Shown here in pieces: positions 48,653-60,200 of a stretch of DNA of 64,000 nucleotides (position 1 is its first letter; each line of letters begins with the position of its first letter). Location: assembly GCA_965113315.1 (NCBI GenBank), contig OZ220363.1. One strand, written 5' to 3'. A program made the position numbers and the translations under genes. The notes beneath the pieces were generated by a model, which ran no database searches, was not told the origin of the DNA, and worked only from the letters and a program-made list of their open reading frames with translations. This stretch comes from Podarcis vaucheri. Its lineage: Eukaryota.

Positions 48653-49630
48653 GACTCCTGCTGTTGTCTTTGCAACCAACTTCTCTGCAAAATAGGAGAG
48701 ATCCCTAAAGTCATGTTTATCTGGTACTGCAAGCAATCTAAGGAGTGACAAGGATGACATTTTAGCCATGCAAATATATGCCACCTCTTCTCACTACAAC
48801 ACCCACTACATAAAGTGAAATTAAGTAGGAAGGTGAGCAGAGCAGACTACTAAACTAGATGAAACCATTAGTTCCCATGCCAGAGTCAAATGCAAGCAAA
48901 ATGGATTCTGCATACAGTACAAACAAAAAGTCGAACTTCATGCAAGAGGATGACCTGTACTAAGTACATTTTGCATGCAACAAGACAAACTGTGTTGAAC
49001 AATAGATGTAACTGGATGAAGCACACACCCTCTGTACAAACACTAAGCCAGGGGTTGGGAACCTATGGCTCTCTAGATTAAGTTGAGCTCCAGCTCCCAT
49101 TAGCCCCAGGCTAATAGGCAGATCAAGCAGCTCTCTAATGAACGCTGAAGACCATCGTACTCCTGTCTGCTCTGCAGTATTTTTCTGGCAACCTATACAC
49201 AGAAGGACGCAGGGGGTCTACAAAGAGGAAGGCGAGACTCTCTCTTGCGGGTGCAGGACTGACTTGGTCTCAAGTCACTGGGTGAAAAGTCTAAATAAAG
49301 GGCCACGACCCCACATCCCCCTCCCGTTTCTCTTACTCCGCCTCCCACACACAATTCCCCCTCCCCTGTTTTTCTTCCCATTTTCTGAAGCCCCTCCTTA
49401 GCCTGACTTAGTCTCTCCCCCTGCACCTATTTACAGAAGCGCAGGGGATGGCCTGCTCCTGCCTTGAAGTCGTTAATGGCACGAGGGAGCTCCTTCTCCT
49501 GGCTGCTCCCGAGAGATTCGCGCTAAGATTCCCACCAGCAGCGCCGACCTGAGCAGGAGGGCGCACGCGCCGAACGGGGGCTGCTGATTGGCCGCCGCCG
49601 AGGAGAAAAAGCAGAGACGGGGCTGCTTAC

Positions 49631-49700
49631 CTGGGTACTTGGCCTAGAGGGGAAGTCCGGAGCGAGCAGCTTTATCGCCCCCCCCACTGTCTTTCCATTC
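49631..49700 (-). other. TMEM109: Probable non-coding first exon of TMEM109 (5' limit approximate)
   Basis: Strong donor CAG|GTAAGC on the minus strand at 49630, within a CpG-rich stretch just downstream of two ZNF143-like motifs. Pairs with the acceptor at 48685-48686. Confidence 0.6.
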
Positions 49701-50355
49701 AGATATAGCTCCAATCCCCGTTGCACTCTGGGAAATGCAGTCCAAAAGGAACGAGCAAGGGGCGCCACGCTCTATCCAGGAGCATGCCGGGTATTGCAGT
49801 TCTTCTTTACAGCGACTTTCACACCAGTTAAAGCAACCACGCGCTTCCAATTATAGCGACAGATAGACTTTGCTGTCTGCTTCCCGCCGCAAATAGTGCG
49901 TCGGATCCAATCACAATTAGGCTCGAGGGTCGTTACTGGGATTTTACATTGTCATTCGGTGAGTGGTGCCGCCTTCAGGCTCCTAATTATGGAAGATATC
50001 TAGGTTCTTATCTCGATATGAAACTTCAAGGCTCCTTAAGGCATTTCTGCTGCCGCTTCTCTTCCCTGGGATAGAAGGGGAGATCTTTTTACGAAGTCAG
50101 GAGGGAACCTATATTGCAGCGCATGTAGCTTTAATTAACAAGAAGAAATAGCAAAGAGAGCGGCTCCCCTCTAACTTGGGGAGTTTATATCACGCGAAAC
50201 CTATGATCTGACTTTTGAGCGTTTTCTGCACGCTTAAGAAAAGGATTTACGACGCTCCTGTGGTGTATTAACATCACAGGGCAGAGATGGAGTTGAGACT
50301 GGGCTGGATTTTCAGCAAAACATTCTCCTTACCAAACGCGTATCGGATAGCACTA

Positions 50356-50581
50356 CAGTGGTACCTCAGGTTACATACGCTTCAGGTTACAGACTCCGCT
50401 AACCCAGAAATATTACCTCGGGTTAAGTACTTTGCTTCAGGATGAGAACAGAAATCGTGCTCCAGCGGCGCGGCAGCAGCAGGAGGCCCCATTAGCTAAA
50501 GTGGTGCTTCAGGTTAAGAACAGTTTCAGGTTCAGAACGGACCTCCGGAACGAATTAAGTACTTAACCTGAGGTACCACTG
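50356..50581. mobile_element. Intact 226-bp Tc1/mariner (pogo/Tigger-like) MITE
   Basis: Perfect 18-bp TIRs CAGTGGTACCTCAGGTTA / TAACCTGAGGTACCACTG with TA TSD on both sides. Confidence 0.9.
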
Positions 50582-51234
50582 TAATAACCTCGTTAAACTG
50601 CAGAGGACAGGAAGAACCACTTCTGCTCTCCTGGACAGCGTTCAGGCAGGTGTCTTTGTGCCCCGCTGCCCTGGCGTGCGAACACCCTTGCACTTCCCAA
50701 TGTACAGTACTTTAAAAACAAATACCTACGAAATAAGAGCTAGAAGGAGCAGCAGCAGCTGCTGCTCCATCTGCTACTGCAACCCGATGGATGCATTCCA
50801 ATTCTTTAGCTCTCCATTGTTCTCTTGAATTTTGCCGCGAGAAAGAGGGGCGCGGAGCAAGAGCGGAAAGGCTTCCAAATACGGATTGGCACGCGCACAG
50901 CCGAACGCGGCTTCTCCTCGGTCCCAATGCATGCCGGGAGTTGTAGTTGTTGATCGGCACCGCTGGAGCCCTCCGGATCCGGAAGGTGGTTGCCTTTCCT
51001 GGTCCGTTTGGCCTCGCAGCGATTCCTTGGCTTTCCTTCCTTCCGGAAGTGCGGGGGCGGGAGGAAGAAGAAGAAGATTCCGCTTCCGGCCGGCTGCTGG
51101 AGTCTCCCGCGCGCTGGCGTCTGGCGCGCGGTACAGTTTAAAGAAGCTGGCCCCGGCCACCGGAAGTAGAATCCTCCTCCTCGATCTCGTGGCCCGGAAG
51201 TGGCCGTGAGGCAGAGACCGAAGAGGCGCTCGCC

Positions 51235-54200
51235 ATGTCCCTCATATGCTCCAGTGAGTGACTCGCCTTCGCCTTTTCTCGTGCCCCTTTCGGCCTTCCG
51301 GCTCCTCACAGCATGAGGGGGCAGCGGGGAAGGGGAGGGAGCAGCCAGTGGTCTACAGTTGGTGGGGAAAGGGAAAGGGGGGGGGAATTTGAGGGTTCCA
51401 ACCACAGTAATGCTGGTCATGAGGATGTGTATGATACATTGCTGTGGGCGGTTGCATGGCTCTCTCCTGTGTCCACAGAGCTCCCCATGCCCAATCTACT
51501 TGCCCCAGACCTTTAAAATAACCCAGTAGTACAATTCAGCAACAGTGCTTTTCTGGTCCCCGGTGGAGATGCTGAGGCTGAGAGTGTGTGGTTTCCCCAA
51601 GACTGCCTGACGAGTTTATAGAAGAGATGAGGTTCCAACAAGGGGGGGGGGGCTTCCTGCTTTGCAGTTCTGTCTCTTAGGGATGGTGTTTGTGACATTT
51701 TCCAGCTTGGTTTTATGCATGTTCATTCAGGAGTAAGTCTCAGCATACCTGAAGTAGCTAAATCTTTAGTAAGTATGTTTAGTTTTGCAGCCTCAACATT
51801 TGAGCCTCAATCTTGAAGCACAAAACTCTGGGTTGGATCTTTTAAGATTAATCTTAATTGTCTTTCTGAGGGTCCAAAGATGTTGGAATGGCAGGTACCG
51901 TATTTTTCGCTCTATAAGACGCACCAGACCACAAGACGCACCTAGTTTTTGGAGGAGGAAAACAAGAAAAAAAAATATTCTGAATCTCAGAAGCCAGAAC
52001 AGCAAGAGGGATCGCTACGCAGTGAAAGCAGCAATCCCTCTTGCTGTTCTGGCTTCTGGGATAGCTGCACAGCCTGCATTCGCTCCATAAGACGCACACA
52101 CATTTCCTCTTACTTTTTAGGAGGGAAAAAGTGAGTCTTATAGAGCAAAAAATAGGGTAAATAACATTCTTATGACCTTGCCTTTCATTTCTGGTAACAA
52201 AAACAATGGGTTACCCTGATCTGTCAGCTCAGAGATGAGAATGGACCCATTGGGTCATATAGACTGATCTCTGCCAGAAGACAAGATAGCATATGCTTTT
52301 ATGCTGTATACTGCTTTGCAACATTTTATACGAAAATGCATTCTGTAATCTGTAAATAAATAAAAAGATAGCAAAATTTGGGCCACTGTTGTTATAATGG
52401 ACAGGTACTTAAAAGATTCGCTTGGCAATGGGCACTGTTGTTGCACTGTATTTATTAGCCATTTAGTTTTCTTATATTTGTAATTCTTTGTAATTAATTA
52501 AAGTTATTAATTAATGTCATATTAAGGTGATGGAGTGCTTTACAGAATTTGATAATGATATCAGAGCAGCTCTGCAGCTGTTCCTATTTTTCAGATAAGC
52601 AACTGGGAATAAGTGGGGTGCCCAAAGCTGCTGAGTTATAATGTGAAACTTGGTTATTATACATTCAATAAGCAAAATAGTCTTTGATCGTATAGGCATT
52701 TCTTTGAACAGGCACCAGCCTCTGATTAACCTTCTTAATCAAACCAGAATGTAAATTTAGTTTACCATTACTTCATAGTCTGTAATGAGAGAACCTTATT
52801 TGAGTTATTTTTAGTGCAGGAAATACATTATTATAAAGAGGTGTTTGCACACTTCTGGTTAGCACTTTAAAAATACTCTTGGTGGTGTGCTATTTCCCCC
52901 TCCCTGGGTTATGCTATAGATGGAATATATCTTTAACAAACTTGTATAGTTCTGCAGAATTAGCAGGTACAACAGAGTAGCACAGACATCTTGTATATAT
53001 GTAGATCACCTCCTGCTCAATGTATCTAGAAAACAGACTTGCCGAGTGAAGTGTATTTAAGATTTTGCTTTTAATTACTCTTTAGGCTGTTTTAATGCAC
53101 CTGTAATTGTGCATTCAGATATGTGGGTGTACTTGGAATTCTGCATCTCGAGGCATTGAAAAAAATCTGTGGGTGTGATTTGAATGCATGACTTCTCTCT
53201 CTAGGACTTCAGACTTTCTCAGTCATATTCTATCAGATTCAGAATCTCTTACTAATTCTCTTTAGAGACTATGACAATCCTAATTGAATGTTAACTAATT
53301 TTAACTTTGTGCTTCACAGGTACCACATGCCAAATATTAAAGAGCATTGTTTTTATGATCGTTAAGATTATCAAATGGCCTCTACCCTCAGCTCTTTAGG
53401 TTTAGTTATTTCTATATATCTGGATTCTTTATACTTTAGGCCAAAATTATTTAGGCTTGACCTGGCTAAGATGGACAGGTTTTCTGACTGTCAATGGGAA
53501 AATCTAAATTATAACCTAAACAGTACTAGATAATAATAATAATAATAATAAATTTTATTTATATCCCGCCCTCCCCAGCCGAAGCCGGGCTCAGGGCGGC
53601 TAACAACAATAAAACAGTACAAAAGTACAACATAAACAACATTCTAAAATCATTCATTATAAAAATTAATTAATTCAAGCCACTAGCAACCATTGGGCCA
53701 GAGCTCTGCGAAGATTGCCGAGGGAGGGAGTCAGGCTGTGCCCTGGCCAAAGGCCTGGTGGAACAGCTCTGTCTTGCAGGCCCTGCGGAAGGATGTCAAG
53801 ATGGGAAGCAGCAGACAGTAATTTTTTTGGCAAAGGAGTAATACTCTCTCAAAGTCTGCATTAATGGGTGGCACACACTTACGGTTCTTACACACTTGCA
53901 GTTTATTGCACATGTAGATGATTTCTGCCTTTTTCTTATTGATACAGCTATCACCTGCTGATTCCTTCCCCAGTCAGTAATCCAGTTTAGAATTTACACA
54001 TTGCTCATCAGGGTGTGTGGGGAGGAGAGCCCCATTAGGCTAGTTCATTTGCTTCTGCTAGAACGCCAGTTAGCTGAATTCAGGCCATTAGCTTTTAATC
54101 TTTTATTTGTACGCCACTTTCCCAAAGTTAAAACCATGCTCAAGGCAGCTTACAACAACAAAAAACACATAACTAGAAACATAACAAAAGTAGTCATAAA

Positions 54201-57200
54201 CACAGTGTTAAAAATTAAGATATATAAGGTAGGTGCCAAATAGCTCCTTAACCCAAGGTTGCAGTCGCCAAAATGAAATGTCTAGTTGCCATTTTTGGGC
54301 AAGACGGTTCTAAAGTCTTATTTTTCAAATGATGGACTGATTGATTCTCAGTTAAACATCTGTCATTGAGCTTGAGCTAGGTTAAGAGCTTTGAGAACTT
54401 AAAGAAGAAAAGTCACTTGATCCAGGGACAGCGTATATATATTGCCCTATTCCGACCTCTCTTTTTTTAATGATGTCTGCTCCTGCTCAGGCTGCACAGA
54501 CAAAGCAATTTGGTTCCAGAAATTCATTGTGATTGTGCAGATAAAATATAACTGATAGAATTCTACAGGATGAGGTATTCGGGTGCGGAAACAGTCCAGA
54601 TCCAGTGATCCCCAGATGATGGAGATGTCAGGCGCCATCCTAGCCCCCAAGCATCTTCACTTGGTCACAAGTGGTCGAAAGCCAACTGCAAGATGCGCCT
54701 GGCTAATTTCGAACACCACATAAACAATAAACACAACATACGACAAAATCGAACAATTTCTACATAAGATACAAAATAAAGGTACAAAAAATTAACAGCA
54801 ACAACCCCCTCTAAACAATACTGCAGCCGAGGATTCTGTTCTGCAGCCTCAGCTTTTGTAACTGGAGTCATTCAGGGCCCCGCCCTCCCAGGTCAGGAAG
54901 AAAAATGCTTCCAAGGCAGGGAGCAGGTCTCTGAGGATGGGTTCACATTATGGTCAATTTATGAAAAACATTCCTATGTTGAGTTCTCACCGGTAATGTC
55001 CAGGAATTGCTATCCATGTTGTAACATTTTCCTGCTCCTGCTCCTGCTCCACATAATTGGCTGCTGCTTGTGGGGTGGGGAAATGGGCAGTGCAGTGATG
55101 TCATGAGGCAGGAACAAATAGATCTGTGACATCCAATGTAACCCTTCAGCATTAGGCTGCTAGTTGGCAGGATTTTCTAATATATGTGCTTCCATGACTG
55201 AAATTTAACAAGTGGAAGGGCTAAAATTCAGCTTTGACCATTGTGCATTGATGTCTAGCAATTGTGTGTTAGACATTGGGTTGGTTCCATACCAAGTTAG
55301 CTCAGCTTGGGTCTTGCTGAAATCAGTGGGACTTGGGTTCAGCTAACTTGATCCTGACGCAACCCATAGTATGTGACATACTGTGCATCTTTGGTTGGTA
55401 GGCTTTGTGAAGTCTTAGAATCATTTAATTGTAGAGTTGAAAAGGGACCCTGAGGTCTTTTGATTCTGTGGTTTTGCTTTTGGTGTCAATTTACAAATAT
55501 GACATGAAGGAATACAAATATTAAAACAGTTGCATTTGATTTTTTTAAAAATCACTATTGGGACAGAAGAAGAATCAGAAGAAGAAACTTAAATGTCTTC
55601 CTTTTTAAACTTAAATAAGTAGTAGGAACACAATCTTCTTCAAAGCTTATACATGCTTCAATTTAAAGAGCACATGAATGTGTGTTTTTCTGTGGCAGGA
55701 TTTGGGCACAGCCCAAATTGATTGAAAGATTGTGTAGTTTAGTGCATTGTGTTATGGCTCAGATCAGCTTAGGCAAGGAAGAATAAGTTGCACATGAGTA
55801 CATACTGGAAGTTGTGCCTTTCAGGAGTTCAGTGGTGGCTGATGCCCATTGAGTTTGGTAGGGCAGAGCAAGAAGTCAGAGGCTAAGGGTAGGTGGAGCC
55901 AGAGGCAATGACTAGCAGACTCAAACAATTAGAGTTTTGTCCCCATTCTCCCTGCCGAGTTCTACAAAGGTAACACAGGAGTCTAAAGTGGAGGAGGCAA
56001 CAAGGGCCACCTCCTTGGACCGGATGTAAGAAAGAAGGCATATCACCCTCTCACCCTCTCCCACCTGGTCACCCTCTCCCACCTTTGGAAGAACTGTACG
56101 GTTCCCGTTGCCTTAGGAAAGCAAACAACATCCTGCAGGATCCATCTCACCCGGGATACAGTCTGTTTGCACTACTGCCTTCTGGCAGGAGGTATAGAAA
56201 CATCAAGTCTAGGACAAATAGACTGAAAAACAGTTTCTATCCAAGAGCTGTGGCCTTTTTGAATGCTGTAACTCGATAGTGAGACCTGGGAGTTTGATGG
56301 GTGTGGGTGTGGGTGTGGTTGGAAGGTGGTTTGTTTGGTTGTTGCTGTTGTTTTGCTTTTGTTGTTTTTAAGGGTTGGCATCCAATTTCGTTGCACTTGT
56401 GCAATGTTGCACTAGTGTAATGACAATAAAGAATCTATCTATCTATCTATAGTCGGTGGGGGAAGCACTGGCTGAGGGCTGAGGGCAAACATAGGCTGCC
56501 GGTGCAGTGCTCCATTCTCCCTGCAAACCAGCCTCCATTGTCAGGGCCAGTTCTTCACACAATGCCTAAACTAGTAATTCTGGAGCTTGATTAATTTTGT
56601 AGTTCATGCTCTTGTTATGCTCTTGTTTTACAAAAGTATAGATAATCAAAAAGAAACAGGATGTGCTACAACATTTTTACTGTAGATTCCATTGGGCTGG
56701 GATACTTCATTTCCACTATTAATTCTGTATCTCTACTTCGTAAAGTGCTGTGAAACATGGATGGTTGAATGACTTTTGCCAATTCTTTCTATTGTCCCTT
56801 TTCTTGCAGTTTCAAATGAGGTGCCTGAGCATCCCTGTGTGTCTCCTGTCTCAAACCATGTCTATGAGAGAAGGCTGATTGAAAAGTATATTGCAGAGAA
56901 TGGGACTGATCCAGTGAACAACCAGCCACTGTCTGAAGAGCAACTCATAGATATAAAAGGTGAGGAAGGACAGAAGAGTCAGAGGCACTGGAGTCTCCCT
57001 TGTGTTTGATAAACAGTTGAGTGTGGAGTTGCCAATCTTAGTCTTCTCCTTTTAAGACCTTGGGTGGCAGGGAATTCTTGAAACCTGATTGCTGACTGAT
57101 AAAGGGTGTTGTGCTTGAACAAATGGTCAGAGAGTATAGAGTCTGACAATACTTGAAGAGCACAACATTAGTTACCCTTGTTCCAGGGTATGCTGAAACC

Positions 57201-60200
57201 AGGATATTATGAGGTACTAGTCTAGCATATTGCACAACAGGAAAAGCTAAATCAAATATTGATAAGGATAATCTCTCTGCCTTGCTATTTTGTTGTCTAA
57301 TATGACTGTTCCAAACGCATCAGGGCCCGGTGAGCTTATAAATGGGTCTAGATAAAGGAAGGGTTGCTAACAAAAGTATTTGGTGACCCTCCAAATGCTG
57401 TTGGACTACTTCTCTTACCATCACTGGCCATGCTGGTTGAGAAAGATGGAGTGTAGGACCATCTAGAGGGCCACAGCTTACCCACTTTTGCTTTTAACCC
57501 AAGAGCAGTCTGCATACTCCCCTCAGTAACATCAGCATCTATGTCCTCCCACTTGTCTTGCCGCTTCAGCAAAACTCCCTCTACCCCAGCTCTTCTCCTT
57601 AGCTTGCTTGTGGTTCCTTCCATCTGACCCACAATCCCTGTGGCCTTTTGCTCCCCCCCACAGTTCACATTTTTGACTTCTCAATGCATGGATGTCATAA
57701 GCAATGGATAAAGGCAAATAGGTGGTTGTTGAATTGCAGCAGTTAAAAAAGCTTGCAAAAGGCATGTGCCTTTTGAAACATTCTTCCAAGCAGCCTTGAT
57801 TTTAAAGGCGTGTAAGGCAGGTTTGTAAGGATAATAATGGACGGCTCTTTCTAGAAGTAATTCTTTCTTGTTCCTTTGTAATCCCCAGTTGCCCACCCAA
57901 TTCGGCCAAAGCCACCATCTGCTACTAGCATTCCAGCCATTCTAAAGGCACTTCAAGATGAATGGGTAAGTATCTTTAAAATATATATATTGGGGGGCTC
58001 CTCCTCTGCTTGCTGAGATGATGGAACTGGAAACCATAAACGCCTAAAAACTTTTACCGCTTAGCCCACAGGATAGCAGCTATTACTTTGTTTCAACCAT
58101 AGACTTATTATACTTCTACGGACTTTCAAAGATTGACAGACCTGTGTTCATTTGTTTTCAAATGTATCAGAGAGTTTACAAGTATACACATTTTGTTTTT
58201 GTTGTACTAAATCATGTATATTATGCAATAAGAATTACAGTGCTATCTGGTATACTGGTCTTTGTGTTGTTTGTGTTGTTTGTTGTGTTAAGTTTGCAAC
58301 ACAGGGGTTTGTTGTTCTGTAAAGATCAGTTACTATGCTGATGTGCTTCCTTAGGATGCTGTCATGCTGCACAGTTTCACGCTACGCCAGCAGCTGCAAA
58401 CTACACGTCAGGAATTGTCCCATGCACTATACCAGCATGATGCTGCCTGCCGTGTCATTGCCCGTCTCACCAAAGAGGTCACTGCTGCGAGAGAAGGTAA
58501 AGACTCAGAAGATGATATGTTCTTTGGGTGATGTCCAGGGAAGCAGTCCACAGTGCCAGCTTTAACCTGCCAAACCACCTTTTCTCTCTCTCTTCCCAGC
58601 TTTGGCAACTCTGAAACCCCAGGCTGGCCTCATCGTTCCCCAGGCTGTACCTTCTTCACAACCCAACGCTGTGGTAAGTCACACACATGCATCAGTCAAT
58701 AATTCTCTTTGTGCTCTGTCTTTCTTCTCTGGGCTAATCATGCTCTTCATTGTCTTCCTGCAGGGTGCTGGTGAACCAATGGACTTAGGAGAGCTGGCTG
58801 GAATGACCCCAGAGATTATCCAGAAGGTAAGAAATATCCCTGGCTTGCTATTTGCCATCCAGATCATGCTATAGCTATACAGTTATGATCTTCCAATCTG
58901 AGCTCTATAGCTGGCTTTGTCTGTAGGAACATGCCACTTTCACACTGTTGTGCCTTCCCTTTCTACATTACGGCTGCAGTGTCTGACAGGTCAATCAGTT
59001 GCAGCTTCTTCCGCTCTCCTGCTTTTCAGGAATCACTGATAGCACCCTGGCTGGCAGAGCAAGCAGAAAAGGGTGGGCAGACAGATGCAATAGCCTCATC
59101 TCTGTCCTGGGGCCATTCCCCAGCAGCAACAGGCAAAAAGTAGAGTGGGTCAGCAGCATTGTCCCCTGCTTATTGATGTGCTAGCATACCATGCTTGAAG
59201 CTGGTTTCTCCTAATGCTGTTCTGTTTTGCAGCTTCAAGACAAAGCCACGGTGCTGACCACGGAGCGTAAAAAGGTGAGTGCCCCTATCTCAATGTTTGC
59301 TCTACAGGCGGGGAAGCACTGAGTTATCCAGGGGTGCTTGCAGTATGTTTGTTCTCATGATTGCTGCAAAGGTGCAACTCCCTGTGCTAGGATGCTCCTG
59401 TTACAAGGAGTTTAGTTCTATGTTGTCTTTTTGGCAGAGAGGGAAGACCGTGCCGGAGGAGCTGGTGAAGCCGGAAGAACTCAGCAGGTACCGGCAGGTG
59501 GCTTCACATGTGGTGAGTATGGTGATCATAATTTATTGGGAAGGCTACCATGAAGGAATCATCTCATTTAAGCCGAACACTTCCTAGGTTTTACCAAAAA
59601 TACTGTTGAGCATCCTCTCTCCATCTGAACTACTCTGCACTAGCTATCCATTGATCTAAGCCAGGGGTAGAGAACCATGACAGGCTACTTTGACAGATGG
59701 GCAGGATTCCACTCACCTGTCAATCACCTGGTGTCAGGTGACAAGCAAGACTTGAAATCACCACTGACCGGTGCTGACTTGAAATCTGCTTTCTGTAGGG
59801 GTCACCCAATGCTGGAGGGCATGCTGTCACCACCTACCATCTGATACATGATGACAGCAACCCTTCTTTGCCAATGAACAATTAGGAGTACACTTTAAGG
59901 CTCTCTATTGTGAATTGGAAGCTGCATCTCTGCCTGCCTCACACCTGATCTCTTATATGCCAGGCTTGGACTGGAGGTTTTCCTTGTCCTCTGGAAGTTT
60001 AACCATACAGTGGTGCCCCGCAAGACGAATGCCTCGCAAGACAGAAAACCCGCTAGACAAAAGGATTTTCCGTTTTTGAGCTGCTTCGCAAGACGATTTT
60101 CCCTATGGGCTTGCTTTGCAAGACAAAAACGTCTTGCGAGTGTTCTGATTTTTTCCCGCTTTCCCCCCTCTTTTTCTAAGCCGCTAATAGCCTTTTAGCC

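Larger units (their letters stand above)
49480..51340. promoter_or_regulatory. Divergent CpG-island promoter region for TMEM109 (-) and PRPF19 (+)
   Basis: CpG-rich. ETS/GABPA CCGGAAG motifs near 50979, 51043, 51083 (reverse), 51160 and 51194. CCAAT boxes (GATTGG) at 49587 and 50884. ZNF143/THAP11-type motifs at 49723-49741, 49781-49800 and 50928-50947. Confidence 0.85.

Noticed and set aside
48653-48784. In-frame N-terminal extension of TMEM109 in the ORF track
   Set aside because: It runs through a clear acceptor (TTTTGCAG at 48685) into intron. The first ATG inside the exon is 48652.
50712-51420. ORFs of 82-204 aa over the PRPF19 promoter
   Set aside because: Stop-poor CpG-island sequence giving low-complexity Arg/Pro/Gly products.
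54465-54560. C/D snoRNA-like layout (ATGATGT...CTGA, weak terminal stem) in PRPF19 intron 1
   Set aside because: The C box is imperfect and I could not identify an rRNA or snRNA complementary guide. It would need snoscan/Infernal support.
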